64,000 nucleotides of DNA from a virus (lineage: Duplodnaviria; Caudoviricetes), in the IMG/VR virus record IMGVR_UViG_3300033146_001059, positions 2,190 to 66,189 of that record, one strand, 5' to 3'. The notes under the pieces were generated by a model. The model was given only the letters and a program-made list of their open reading frames with translations, was not told the origin of the DNA and did no database searches. The translations under genes and the position numbers were made by a program. Shown here in pieces: positions 21,181 through 32,128 of this stretch; within the stretch, counting starts at the first letter, position 1; every line of letters begins with the position of its first letter.

Positions 21181-21576
21181 CTAGTTACTTAGGTTTCTTT
21201 TATCTTGACTACCAACGCGTAATGCTAAAGCAAATACACCGTCTGCTACCCATGCCCCAACACCATACATATGAGCTACGCCGTTTGGACCTATTTTTAT
21301 AGATACTCCTGTCTCGTCTATCAGATTATACATACTTCCAAATGTAATCACAACCTCAGTGGCTACTGTGTTTACTATCTTTAGCTCATGAACAGAGTCC
21401 TCTACTAATGTTGTACCTTCCCATTTAGCTATTATAGCGTCAGCACCTATTTCCCATAGTTGCATAGTGGATCTGGCTTTAAAATCAGGGTACAATGTAC
21501 CTACAATTATCTCTTTAACCTCCGCGCCATCGTCCTCGAAGTCTGATAAATTATTCATGTATATTCCTAAACCCAT
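21181..21576 (-). CDS. Hypothetical virion-associated protein (131 aa)
   Basis: ORF packed in the head module. Confidence 0.5.
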   Translation of the reverse strand: MGLGIYMNNLSDFEDDGAEVKEIIVGTLYPDFKARSTMQLWEIGADAIIAKWEGTTLVEDSVHELKIVNTVATEVVITFGSMYNLIDETGVSIKIGPNGVAHMYGVGAWVADGVFALALRVGSQDKRNLSN

Positions 21577-21836
21577 TGTGTTCTTATTTTATTTGTTATC
21601 TCTTTTAATGAGTATATAATACTCTCGATCTCTCTGTTTTGTGACAAGTCTTTATTCATGTCAAGCATATCTATGTATTCCAAATTAGCTACTATCTTAG
21701 TGCTTAAAGTATACATTCTATTAAATGTACGTACATCACCTGATACAGGCTCTTTAACAGATAATATATACTGTATATCGGCTAAAGTCTTATATGCGTT
21801 ATTTACAGCTGTGTACACCTCTTCTATATAGATCAT
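21567..21836 (-). CDS. Hypothetical protein (89 aa)
   Basis: ORF packed in the head module. Confidence 0.5.
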   Translation of the reverse strand: MIYIEEVYTAVNNAYKTLADIQYILSVKEPVSGDVRTFNRMYTLSTKIVANLEYIDMLDMNKDLSQNREIESIIYSLKEITNKIRTQWV

Positions 21837-21837
21837 T

Positions 21838-22854
21838 TTAACAAGATTTACTGTTTATAGAACAAGACTTTCTTGCCGACTCTAGGATTACCTGCGCCTT
21901 TCTGAATTCTCCTTCAATGAAATTAATGTAGGCCCCTAACCTCTTCTGCTGCAGTTTTTGCCAATCTGCAATCGTACATGCATCATCACATGCTGGATCG
22001 CAGGCTATATTTCTAATTTCTGTTACAATGGCATTATTTATTTCTTCAGTTACAAGAATCTGTGAATCTGCCATCATGCCTACTGTAAAGGTATCATTAC
22101 CCTCTAATCTTCCTATAGCTAGCATTTTTTCTTCGTACGTACTGTCTAAGTCAAACGCAAGTGTTATGTTACCTGCATAATCTAAAATCACAAGCTCGTC
22201 GTTATTGTTTATCCCAAATGTTCCACTGGCTGAGGCTAATCCCCACTCACCAGCATAACCGTATACGTCTCCTTTTATAGCTTGATTACCTTCAAGTACA
22301 TCATTAAATATAACATATATAGCATTGTACCACCCATCAAAAAATGAATCTACACCACTTCTGTTTGGTAAACTATTCATTGTAAATGGGTATGAGTATG
22401 AGTATTTATATACAGACTGGAATGGTGGGTTATTACCACCTACAGGAACACCTTTAAATTGCAATATATTGGCTTCTCCGGTATAGAAATTTATATTTAA
22501 AACTACATCATCTGGTTTTACATCTTGTGTATAATACAGTCCATCAACAGAATATTTAAACTCAGGTGGTTCCGCCGCATTAAGCTTTCCGTTATCTTCA
22601 ACTACTACCTGTGAATATAATTGTTTTCTGCCCATAGTTCCCATATATGACAGCACAAATCCGTATGTTTTACCCCTACCAGTATCTGTTATTATAGATC
22701 TGTAATCTATATTATTATAATTTATACTAAGCACAGGTTTGCGTGCGTCATCATATAGAACCTCAGCAGAGACACATGTCTCAGTGCCTAGTTTCTGAAG
22801 TACAGATGTCAGCGCTCCGTGACTATCTTTAGTAACTGCTTTTGGTATATTCAT
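21838..22854 (-). CDS. Hypothetical structural protein (338 aa), Cys-containing C-terminus
   Basis: ORF directly after portal; DGWY motif and ACDPACDDAC tail. Confidence 0.55.
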   Translation of the reverse strand: MNIPKAVTKDSHGALTSVLQKLGTETCVSAEVLYDDARKPVLSINYNNIDYRSIITDTGRGKTYGFVLSYMGTMGRKQLYSQVVVEDNGKLNAAEPPEFKYSVDGLYYTQDVKPDDVVLNINFYTGEANILQFKGVPVGGNNPPFQSVYKYSYSYPFTMNSLPNRSGVDSFFDGWYNAIYVIFNDVLEGNQAIKGDVYGYAGEWGLASASGTFGINNNDELVILDYAGNITLAFDLDSTYEEKMLAIGRLEGNDTFTVGMMADSQILVTEEINNAIVTEIRNIACDPACDDACTIADWQKLQQKRLGAYINFIEGEFRKAQVILESARKSCSINSKSC

Positions 22855-22856
22855 GG

Positions 22857-25127
22857 TTATATTTTATTATTGTTTATTTCTCTTGCGTTGCTGTTACCAC
22901 CTTCAACGTACAACTGCTCTCTTTCTAGTTGTACTATCTCACGTTTAGCTCGCATCTCTTGCTCTTTAAACCTAGCTTCGTCTGTAGCTACTTTCTCTTT
23001 AATATTAAGCTCCCTTGTTTTATTCTCGCTTTCAATCTTAAGTTTCTCTTTATCTAGGTTAAGTCTTTCTCTGATAAGTATATCTGCCTCACGTTGTAGT
23101 TTCTCAGCCTGAGCACCAGCTTCTTTCAACTGCTGTTCATACTGTTTAACCTGGTCATCCATCTGCTTCATCTGCCCTTCGTTATCATCGGAAGATAATC
23201 CTTGACGCACAATATCTCGTGCTTCCGCTACTGTATCTGCTAATATAAGGTTAACCATGACTTCAGGCTTAACTGCTCCTCCTCCAACTAACTCACTTAC
23301 TAGCCCTTCTAGTTTTTGTAGTTTAAGCGCATCTCTAGATGAATTTGTTACCTGTATATTATAATCCGTCCACACAAAGTCCTTTCTATCAATCTTAAAA
23401 GCTATACTCGCTGAGCCTACTCTGTAAGCTCCCATCTTACCTTTCTTATATGATGTTTTAGCATTGTTTATAAGTGTAGTAAGTATTCTTTTTCTAGCAT
23501 CGGACATTAAGTCAAATATGTTTAATGTAATAAGAGATACCTGTCTTATGCCTGTCTTTACATTTTCTACTGCTTCACGTTCCTCAATCTGCCCGAGCAT
23601 TTGGTCTGTTACACCTGTAGTTAGAACTACCTGTCTTTCAAGTGTTTGTAGTATAGCGTTTATACCGTTAATGGCGTTACCGTCTATGCCTCCTTGAAAT
23701 TCACCGTAGTGATTAAATAGCTGTGCTCCCTCTTCTGTGGGATCAATTAATTCTACCCCTTGTTTTCTAAGAGCTATCCACTTCATCAATCTCTCCATAA
23801 AACGAGACCCTAATACTTTTGGTATACCAGCGATATTAACACGTGTCCCTGCAACTCCAGCTGTAGCCACTAAGTTATTACGGTGAAACTGGGTTATATC
23901 ATACATGTCTTGCACATCCTTGAGGTTCCATACCATTGAGTATGCCTCACCTTGACGTATGTTGTATGACATACCTGAGTAAGTTAATGATGTTTTATAT
24001 GGGTCATTTTGTGACCTTGGAACGTCCTCAGATTTCTTTAGACCAAAATATATATCATAACCTATCCTATAGCCCTCATATCTATCTTCGATGTAACCTT
24101 TTTTACCGTCTTTGGTTTTACCGTCTAATTCATTGGATGCTAACCACTCTACATGGTAAACCTCCACTGTGTCAAACTCATTACCAGTGTATTGATTATA
24201 TACATTATCGTCATCGTTGTAGTAGGGGTCTTCAAGTCTTTGTGGGTCTGCCAATCTCCTAGAAGTACCGTAAGCTGAGGGTTTTATACCAAACAGTTTC
24301 TTCTTATCTTCAGAGGTCATCATATGACCAAATTTTTGTATAACCTGATGGCGTGTGTAAAATTCTCTATGAACAACTGCATTAACAGAATCCATAAATA
24401 AATCATTTTTATTTTTATTAAAAAATAGATTTTCAGGTTTTATTATTTCGAATACAGGGTCCTTGCCTTTTTCACGTATATACGTTCTCCAGTTCATTTC
24501 TCCTGTTATAAGTAGGTCGTAAAGTAGTTCAGCCGACTTACGTTTAAAATCTATTATGTTATCTTGTTCAAAGAATTTAACTAAATGCTGTGCCGCTTTA
24601 GCGTACACACTTATAAAGTCTTCATTTATATACTCCATTAACCCATGAAGGTACTCTTCATGTAAAGGATTTTCCTGCTCTTTAGATGCTTGTCCACCAG
24701 CCTGTAAATCTACTGACTGCTGAAATTGCTGCATAGATGTTTTAAACCTAGTATTAACTTCCCCAATAATAAAGTTCTTCTTCTCCTCGTCTTCTAATGA
24801 AAGTGTTTTATCATCACTTACAGATATACCATAGTTAAATGTTTCTGTTAAAAATAATCCAACCAAAGCATCTATACGAGGTTTAATAATAGGTGTAAAC
24901 TGTATGTCTATAGGGTTTCCTATACCATAATTGTCGCTTAAGTACTCAAATTCTTCAGCGTCTCTTCTACCAGAGTAGTATTTCCTACACACTGGAATAT
25001 GTTTCTTCTCATACATCAACTTACCTATCCAGTAGTCAACCATGCCAACTAAGTACGGATCGCCTTCTTTCTGTTTTCTAGTTGCATATATGTCGTCTAC
25101 TGGACGTCTATTAATAATACTTGCCAT
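22857..25127 (-). CDS. Portal protein (756 aa)
   Basis: IIKPRIDALVG, EVYHVEW, TGVTDQMLGQIEEREAVENV; C-terminal coiled coil; between TerL and MCP. Confidence 0.85.
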   Translation of the reverse strand: MASIINRRPVDDIYATRKQKEGDPYLVGMVDYWIGKLMYEKKHIPVCRKYYSGRRDAEEFEYLSDNYGIGNPIDIQFTPIIKPRIDALVGLFLTETFNYGISVSDDKTLSLEDEEKKNFIIGEVNTRFKTSMQQFQQSVDLQAGGQASKEQENPLHEEYLHGLMEYINEDFISVYAKAAQHLVKFFEQDNIIDFKRKSAELLYDLLITGEMNWRTYIREKGKDPVFEIIKPENLFFNKNKNDLFMDSVNAVVHREFYTRHQVIQKFGHMMTSEDKKKLFGIKPSAYGTSRRLADPQRLEDPYYNDDDNVYNQYTGNEFDTVEVYHVEWLASNELDGKTKDGKKGYIEDRYEGYRIGYDIYFGLKKSEDVPRSQNDPYKTSLTYSGMSYNIRQGEAYSMVWNLKDVQDMYDITQFHRNNLVATAGVAGTRVNIAGIPKVLGSRFMERLMKWIALRKQGVELIDPTEEGAQLFNHYGEFQGGIDGNAINGINAILQTLERQVVLTTGVTDQMLGQIEEREAVENVKTGIRQVSLITLNIFDLMSDARKRILTTLINNAKTSYKKGKMGAYRVGSASIAFKIDRKDFVWTDYNIQVTNSSRDALKLQKLEGLVSELVGGGAVKPEVMVNLILADTVAEARDIVRQGLSSDDNEGQMKQMDDQVKQYEQQLKEAGAQAEKLQREADILIRERLNLDKEKLKIESENKTRELNIKEKVATDEARFKEQEMRAKREIVQLEREQLYVEGGNSNAREINNNKI

Positions 25128-25736
25128 CTATTGCTTTATTTTTGCTACTATATCAAACGCATAACATACCACATATAGATCACTATCAACATCAAGATAT
25201 ACATCTTTTCCTGTGAAAGCCTCTATTACAACAACATCCCCTTCATCTATAGAGTCCGCCGATGAGCGTATAACATCAGCAACCCTTATGTCCTGTGCTG
25301 TAGGATCCTGTGATAATGTCTCTGTTGGTATATGTATACCTGAGGCTGTTATGGATTCTTTTTTCCTTAGCTTTATAAGTATTCTATCTATACCTGGTTG
25401 CATTTTAACTATATCACTCATAACTTTAAACTTTTTACTATATTTTAACACTATACCAGATGCTGGTACTATTTTTACCTTACCGACCCTACTTTCAGAA
25501 GGGACGTGAACACCATAAAAAATATCAACTGCCACAGTATCTCCAGTTATAAAGTTTTCATCACCAGAACTCGTAACTTCACCAAGATATAATTCTCTAC
25601 CATTATCGTATTTATTTCTAACACTGTCTGGTATTATAATATTAGCTGTTGATTCTATAGTGCTGGGCCATTTTCTTAAATTTAAAACTACATTGCCCTT
25701 AGTAGCCTCTAAGTCATTTACATTTACATACATCAT
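25128..25736 (-). CDS. GroES/Cpn10-like co-chaperonin, two tandem domains (202 aa)
   Basis: PGIDRILIK...TASGIHIP mobile-loop motif in domain 2; NVVL...IIIPDS..GEV..GDTV in domain 1. Confidence 0.7.
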   Translation of the reverse strand: MMYVNVNDLEATKGNVVLNLRKWPSTIESTANIIIPDSVRNKYDNGRELYLGEVTSSGDENFITGDTVAVDIFYGVHVPSESRVGKVKIVPASGIVLKYSKKFKVMSDIVKMQPGIDRILIKLRKKESITASGIHIPTETLSQDPTAQDIRVADVIRSSADSIDEGDVVVIEAFTGKDVYLDVDSDLYVVCYAFDIVAKIKQ

Positions 25737-25780
25737 TAAAACATTTTAATATTCATAAGTTATTATAAGAATAAGAAATA

Positions 25781-28003
25781 TTATTTCCAACCACCCATTA
25801 AACCTTCTTTAAGAGAAAACTCATATTCTTTATTCATATTTTTTTCTTCCTCGCTCTTTTTAGGCATCTCACCATATTTCTTTTTACCAGTAATAGGATC
25901 TCTATAATAACCAAATGGCTGCAGTTCTGCTAACATTTCTTTTGGTTTAGCTATTTTACCCATCAAATCATCGTCCATCAATTCACATAAGCCCATGGCT
26001 ATAACTAAATCCGAGGGTGTACGATTACCTCTGTCATACTCAATAAGCTGTTCTAATGCAAGATCAAACCACACGTTGTGACTGTTATCATCAATATACT
26101 CCTTAAGTTTACCGTCTTGGTAATCAATATATTGCGGTGATGGTGGGGTACCGAGCTGCGAGGACTGCGCCTTTGTAGGATCTGCATCCATATTATTTGC
26201 TGTGGCAATAGTTGGTCTTTTAATAAATCTGTGGTACTGCCCACGTGTTCTGAAGTGACCTACAATACCTATCTTAGCATACTCCAGATTTATCTTTGAG
26301 TTAAAGAACATTGATAGCTTTAATACATTCTCGTAATCGTCACGTACATCATCAGATCTATTATTATAGTAGGCAACGTATAAATTTGTAGTAGTATTAA
26401 ATATCCCCCCATCTGGTATTCTTTTCTTAACTGCGGCAGCTAATTTGGAACCTTCTGTACCAGGTGCTGAATCAGCATTACCTTGATCAATACTGTCGAG
26501 CCCCATTATGTACAAGTCATTAAATATACTTCCTCGTTTATCTCTGTAAGGCTTCTCCTCACCTTCAAGTATATAAATGCTGCCAGCTTCATTTTCAATA
26601 AAATTGGCCCCTACATGTTTTCCATCTGCATCGTCAACATATTCAAGAGTCCCTTTTAACCACTTAGGCACACCCTCTTGCTTCAACATTATTTTAGTAC
26701 GTTGAGCAGCAAGCAGTTCTGTGTTGAATATATTCTTACCATCTTTCTGGAATACTTCTTTAAGCTCCAGCGGGAATTCCTGGCACTCTTTTAAGAATGC
26801 TTCAGGATCATTTTCAATTAGCTTACGCTCCTCTACCATAGCCAATCTGGCTGTCTTAATATCAGGCACTCCCCACTCCTCCCATGTTGTAGCGTACTTC
26901 AACTGTGACGGTATAAATAATGCAGTCTTTCCTCCCCACTCATATGTAGGATATAAATTAAATGCATCTGGATCCATAAACATATGCTTAGCGTGGTCAT
27001 TATTTACTGATCCACCCGTACCTGTATAGACTACAAATGCTTTCTTAATTTTACGCATAACAAGCCATGATCCCTTAGATTGACCTATAACTTCTTTTAA
27101 TGAGCCTGGACCTGTAGATGGGAATGCAGCGAATTCCTCTATGTGTTGGAAATTAGGACGACGTCCTTTAGTTGCACCGGCACGGAAACCGTACACGATT
27201 TTTTTAAGGTCATTCTGCGACCCCTTCTTAGCTTTTTTACCTGTAGACAGGTCTGTTACTTCTTTATACGCAACTATATTTTTTTTAGAGTCTGTGTAGC
27301 GTTCTTGCCAGTAACCGGAGTAGAGCTCCTCTATCTCGTCTAATGTCTCTACAATCTTGTCCCATGCCTCTTCAGCATGATCCTCTGATGTTGCAGATGA
27401 TATAAGATCTTGTTTATCATGTAAAATGTAGTACCACATCATTATCGATGTAGTAAAGTAAGATTTACCAATACCACGCCCCGACATTAAAGCCACATAT
27501 TTACGTTGCTTGTATGCTGCCCACATGATATCGAACACATACCTATCAACATTCGAATATGTTGGGTGGTTTATATCTGTCTCTTCCTCGAGATACCCAC
27601 CTTCGCCATCTGGCACTGGAACTGGGAATATATAAATAATCATCCAGAACACATAAAATGGATTATAGTATTCCCCTTCGATGGTCACACCATTCTTACA
27701 TGCATAGTCTACTTTTTGGTAATAGTCAAGCATCTCAAGTGAATCTGGGTGAACATCGGGCGGAGTACGCATATTCTCAAACCACTTTGGTATTGGTCTA
27801 AATACAAGGTAATCAAGCATACGTATTTCCTCATCACCAGTAACTATGCCTGGTAATCTGTGTGATGCATTTGTGACGTCATGTACGTCATTAAATATTC
27901 TCCCATCAGCCCTGTATTCTAGGAATGGAACTTTTTTCTTGTCAAACGGGTCGTACGCGTTACGTGTACTAACCTTTAACGGTTTAACTGCTTTCTTTGC
28001 CAT
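25781..28003 (-). CDS. terL: Terminase large subunit (740 aa)
   Basis: Walker A GRGIGKS, Walker B HIEEFA, coupling motif GTGG, nuclease IMGLDSID and SDLVIA. Confidence 0.9.
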   Translation of the reverse strand: MAKKAVKPLKVSTRNAYDPFDKKKVPFLEYRADGRIFNDVHDVTNASHRLPGIVTGDEEIRMLDYLVFRPIPKWFENMRTPPDVHPDSLEMLDYYQKVDYACKNGVTIEGEYYNPFYVFWMIIYIFPVPVPDGEGGYLEEETDINHPTYSNVDRYVFDIMWAAYKQRKYVALMSGRGIGKSYFTTSIMMWYYILHDKQDLISSATSEDHAEEAWDKIVETLDEIEELYSGYWQERYTDSKKNIVAYKEVTDLSTGKKAKKGSQNDLKKIVYGFRAGATKGRRPNFQHIEEFAAFPSTGPGSLKEVIGQSKGSWLVMRKIKKAFVVYTGTGGSVNNDHAKHMFMDPDAFNLYPTYEWGGKTALFIPSQLKYATTWEEWGVPDIKTARLAMVEERKLIENDPEAFLKECQEFPLELKEVFQKDGKNIFNTELLAAQRTKIMLKQEGVPKWLKGTLEYVDDADGKHVGANFIENEAGSIYILEGEEKPYRDKRGSIFNDLYIMGLDSIDQGNADSAPGTEGSKLAAAVKKRIPDGGIFNTTTNLYVAYYNNRSDDVRDDYENVLKLSMFFNSKINLEYAKIGIVGHFRTRGQYHRFIKRPTIATANNMDADPTKAQSSQLGTPPSPQYIDYQDGKLKEYIDDNSHNVWFDLALEQLIEYDRGNRTPSDLVIAMGLCELMDDDLMGKIAKPKEMLAELQPFGYYRDPITGKKKYGEMPKKSEEEKNMNKEYEFSLKEGLMGGWK

Positions 28004-28009
28004 AACTAT

Positions 28010-31000
28010 TTAACTTTTTTTATATAAAATACCACCGTATCTGAATTTATTAACTTTAATATTATTTTCAGTTTTATACATATCTAGTATTTTTTTATTC
28101 TCTATCGCTTTTGTAAAATCAAGTAACCCTTCTGGGTCATCAGACTTCTTAAATATATCAAACAGATTACCTGATCCTTTTAATTTTTCTATACGAGCCT
28201 GTACGGCTTTTGCATTCTCTGGGGTAAATGCATTAACACCGTTAGGAGTGTACTCATATATAGTATGACCCACACCTGCTATAGGGTAACGTCTTCTACT
28301 TGCGTGGTACTTTGCCAATTCCTCTAAAGATAAATCCTTCCCGTTTTTAACCAGTTTACCAAATTTTTCTTCCAACTGCTTATTTGCTGCCCTAGCTATA
28401 GTAGCTTTAGATGCTTTTTCTACGTGAGTCAATCCATAATGAGAATACATAAAACGTGTATTTTGTGGACTAAGTGTAGTTAATATCTCATTATATGTTC
28501 CAGTCTGCCCGTTAAGTGCAGCCATTAATGATGTAGTTGCACCTCGGTCATGCACATGACTTGACGATTTACCTATACCTATACCCGTAACAGCTGTTCT
28601 ATGTTCGTTGTTTGGTAGCGCAAAATAATCTGACGCATCTCTATTAACTGTAGGTGATCCGATATCTCTAGGATAGAAACCCCTAAAATCTTTATTAGTA
28701 GGATAACTTTTTAGCATAAAATTACCTGGATCTCTGTTAGCAAGACTACCAAGATCATCGTTTTTAAATGTCATTTCATTAGCATGCAAACGTCTTCTCC
28801 TTGCGTACGTAGAAAATTCCACAGGTGATCCTACTTTAGCATTTCTTTCCCATGCCTTTATAATAGCATTAGGCGATAAGTCTAATTCTGTAAAAGCCCC
28901 AAGTACAGATAATATATCTGTATTATGATACAGGTCATCTCCATTTGTTAATACATCTATCTCTCCGCTAGCAACTTTATCGTCAAATATTTTTGCGTTC
29001 TTAGTGTGTTTTGCATTATGTTTTGTGAACTGTATCATTCTAGTCAACTCGTGTTGAGCATCTTCTCTTTCTAATGGATCTGCTATTTTATTTATAGTCT
29101 CAAGCATCTCCTCTATCTTAGCATCGCCTTCAAACGTTTTAACGTCTTCCGGAAGGATTTTTTGCGTAGCCTTAGCCTGCTCCCCTAATCGCTCAGCACC
29201 TTCTCTAGATAATTCCGATGTGTGTATCTTTTTACCCGTCTTTCCATAAATAAAGTTACCTCTACCTTTATCGACCATAGGGAATTCTCTATCAAGTATG
29301 ACTTTATTTGGTCTATTACTCTTAGGAGGAAGTTTGGTTATACCCACCTTTCTAGAAGCTGGTCTCTTACCTGTAGCAGCTCCAGTGTATCGTTCAACTC
29401 CAAGCTTGTCTACACGAGCTTTTACTTCAGGTGATAATCCATACAGATAATCTTTCGGTAAATCATCTCCATAGTCTTCTCTTTTTCGTATTATATTTTT
29501 TATATACTCAATAACGTGCCCTGGTTCATGTGTATAATCTTCTTTTGTCAAAGATTTCATTACTTTCTCTGTAGGGAAAATGTTATATTCTCCAAGCATT
29601 GTATTATGTATTCCAAACCCTTTATCACCCTCTACTACCTTAGTATTGTCATCATATAATTGCCCTTCTAAATGTCCTTTAACTGCGTTCTCGTCATTTC
29701 TAGCTAAGAAGTTTGTATATTTATTATACCCAGGTTTAGACTCTGTATACATTAAAGCTGAACTTCTTCGGACTAAATCATTTTTAGAAAAGTCGTCTAA
29801 ATTATTATAGTTAATAGTAGCTTCTGAACGCATATTCATATCGTCCCACTTGGTTTTAAAATCTGTACGCACCCCACGTTCCTCAGGCGTACCACCCAGT
29901 TTACCATACATTTTATTTTTAAACTGGTCCTGTTTTCTATACAAAAGTTTGCTAGCTTTACCTGCTTTTTTACTTTCTGTTATTAAACCAGACTTCTCAC
30001 CCTGTAACAGTTTTACTATGTCATGTTCGTATATTGTCGCAGTAGGTATTTTACCTTTCTCACCACGCATTAAAGCTACTTTAGTTTTAAGTGGTAATTT
30101 ATTATACCCCTCTAATAACCCAGTTTGTGCATTATATTTGTATTTATATGCGTCTGCTGTTCTGGCTGTTTCGAATGGTGAATTAGCTTTTTTATTACGG
30201 TCAAGTATGTTAAGTCTATTTTTTACTTGTGGGTTGTTAGCGTAGAACTCTGCTACTCCTAGCTCTCGCTTATTTATGAATTTGGTATAGCTAGCTTTTT
30301 TTGTAGCCGCAGTTTTACGCGACGGAATAATTATATCAAGTATTTTATCTTTCGCTGATTTTACACCAATTTTTTCATGTGCTAAACTGGTCTTTCCTTT
30401 GGATTTCATGTCAACACCGTACTTGAATATCGCGTCAAGCTCTTCTTTTTTCATTGTCCCCGCAATAGGTAAATCATCAATAGCAGCTCTTACATTTGAA
30501 CCACTAAAGATATCGTCTATATTTTCCTGCCCCTTTAATATTCCTGGTGCATCTTTCATAGCTTTTATAACTGGCTTATGTGTGTTGGCTGCTAAACCCT
30601 CTGACAACTCCTTTATACCTGTCTTATACACTTTATTGTATGAGTATACATCTGGTAGCACTTTACTTGCGACACGCTCAGCTAATGAAGCCGTCTTAGG
30701 TAGTACTTTATACCCTTTCTTAACTACATTATTAACAAGTGTTTCACCTGCTCTCACTGTTTGTGCTGCTTTGCCGCCACCAAATAACATAGATGGGTCT
30801 GTTACCACATCTATACCTAAGTTACCTGCCATTTCCCACACATTGTCTCCGTGTCTAATACCGGTTTCTTTATCTACTGTACCAAAACCCCACTCATCAG
30901 ACATAGTAGACATCTGACGCTTATCTTCTTTTCCAGTATATAATTCTCTTAATGATCTTGGCACAGCTAAAGAGTAGTCGTGTTTTTTACCTGTGGCGTG

Positions 31001-31393
31001 TCTATATCCTTCTGTTAACAATGTTGCTGGCGTACCCATCACCTCGATACCTGGTAATAAGTAATTTTCAGCCATTTTACCAACTGTAATATCATCTAGA
31101 TATCCTTTTCTGTGCTCGTTACCCTCAGCGTCTATAGTACCCTCTTGCCCTGCTACCACATCTACATTTGGTAAGCGTCTTTCACTGGCTTTCTTCTGCT
31201 GGTTATATTTCTTACCACCATCATCGTTTTTACTTTTTACCACAGTACGTCTAGATTTAAATCCAGACTTGATTCGTTTAATATTGTCTTCACCCATTAA
31301 AACGTAAGAGCCGTCTTTCTGTACATCTACTTTTTCTGGTACTTTACCTGTGCTCTGAAACATTTGGTATTTCTTTTTATACAATATATTCAT
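28010..31393 (-). CDS. Large basic putative cargo/ejection protein (~1127 aa), HExxH motif
   Basis: Preferred start MNILYKKKYQ at 31393; D(P)SMLFGGG membrane-like segment; THEPGH; C-terminal KFRYGGILYKKS. Confidence 0.55.
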   Translation of the reverse strand: MNILYKKKYQMFQSTGKVPEKVDVQKDGSYVLMGEDNIKRIKSGFKSRRTVVKSKNDDGGKKYNQQKKASERRLPNVDVVAGQEGTIDAEGNEHRKGYLDDITVGKMAENYLLPGIEVMGTPATLLTEGYRHATGKKHDYSLAVPRSLRELYTGKEDKRQMSTMSDEWGFGTVDKETGIRHGDNVWEMAGNLGIDVVTDPSMLFGGGKAAQTVRAGETLVNNVVKKGYKVLPKTASLAERVASKVLPDVYSYNKVYKTGIKELSEGLAANTHKPVIKAMKDAPGILKGQENIDDIFSGSNVRAAIDDLPIAGTMKKEELDAIFKYGVDMKSKGKTSLAHEKIGVKSAKDKILDIIIPSRKTAATKKASYTKFINKRELGVAEFYANNPQVKNRLNILDRNKKANSPFETARTADAYKYKYNAQTGLLEGYNKLPLKTKVALMRGEKGKIPTATIYEHDIVKLLQGEKSGLITESKKAGKASKLLYRKQDQFKNKMYGKLGGTPEERGVRTDFKTKWDDMNMRSEATINYNNLDDFSKNDLVRRSSALMYTESKPGYNKYTNFLARNDENAVKGHLEGQLYDDNTKVVEGDKGFGIHNTMLGEYNIFPTEKVMKSLTKEDYTHEPGHVIEYIKNIIRKREDYGDDLPKDYLYGLSPEVKARVDKLGVERYTGAATGKRPASRKVGITKLPPKSNRPNKVILDREFPMVDKGRGNFIYGKTGKKIHTSELSREGAERLGEQAKATQKILPEDVKTFEGDAKIEEMLETINKIADPLEREDAQHELTRMIQFTKHNAKHTKNAKIFDDKVASGEIDVLTNGDDLYHNTDILSVLGAFTELDLSPNAIIKAWERNAKVGSPVEFSTYARRRRLHANEMTFKNDDLGSLANRDPGNFMLKSYPTNKDFRGFYPRDIGSPTVNRDASDYFALPNNEHRTAVTGIGIGKSSSHVHDRGATTSLMAALNGQTGTYNEILTTLSPQNTRFMYSHYGLTHVEKASKATIARAANKQLEEKFGKLVKNGKDLSLEELAKYHASRRRYPIAGVGHTIYEYTPNGVNAFTPENAKAVQARIEKLKGSGNLFDIFKKSDDPEGLLDFTKAIENKKILDMYKTENNIKVNKFRYGGILYKKS

Positions 31394-31394
31394 T

Positions 31395-31988
31395 TTATAG
31401 CATTCCTTTCTCTCTGAAACTCGTCTGCTTAGTACCTCCACGGTTTCTAGTATTAATACTTTGCCTCTTCATTGACGCTATCAACTTCTCCTTAACTTCG
31501 AGGATAGTAGGCAATTCTTTAATAGCTTTATTTATAATATCTATATTGGTTACAAATGATGTCACCCCTGTTGTGGGATGCATCTGCTCCATAATCTTTG
31601 GTTTTGTATCTCTAATAGTTTCTCTCAGCTGCTCCATCTTACGATTAAGCTCCTCGACAGCACGCTCCTCTTCATTTGATGATACCAACACATATGCATC
31701 TGCTGCCAACTCATACAACTCGAGTTCTTTTTTAGTGAATGGAGGCTCCGGATCCCTCGACTTCCATATTCTATAAATAACCTGCTCCTTTTTCATCTTA
31801 CCATCTAAATCTCTGAAGGCATTTTCCTCATCGAGACTAAACATGTGGTAGATGTATAGAAACAGTTTGTCTAGTTTATCTTTTTTCTTAACTCCGTAGA
31901 ACTCTTTGACATCCATGAACTCTCTAACTTGTACGAAGTTAACATTTATCATTAATCTATCATCTTTAAAATCTAATTTTATTGGCAT
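31395..31988 (-). CDS. Possible terminase small subunit (197 aa)
   Basis: Helical/coiled coil with C-terminal RNRGG; near TerL; function inferred only. Confidence 0.4.
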   Translation of the reverse strand: MPIKLDFKDDRLMINVNFVQVREFMDVKEFYGVKKKDKLDKLFLYIYHMFSLDEENAFRDLDGKMKKEQVIYRIWKSRDPEPPFTKKELELYELAADAYVLVSSNEEERAVEELNRKMEQLRETIRDTKPKIMEQMHPTTGVTSFVTNIDIINKAIKELPTILEVKEKLIASMKRQSINTRNRGGTKQTSFREKGML

Positions 31989-31997
31989 AATTCATTA

Positions 31998-32126
31998 TCA
32001 TTTATCATTAAACATATTCTCATTTTCTTTTACAGCCTTTTTAGCATCGTCAAACTTTATATACATCCCCAACACTAATGATCCACATAGTATAATTAAA
32101 TAATATATAACTGCAAGCAACCTCAT
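31998..32126 (-). CDS. Small single-TM protein (42 aa)
   Basis: MRLLAVIYYLIILCGSLVLGMYIKFDD..., fills the gap between two genes. Confidence 0.4.
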   Translation of the reverse strand: MRLLAVIYYLIILCGSLVLGMYIKFDDAKKAVKENENMFNDK

Positions 32127-32128
32127 AA

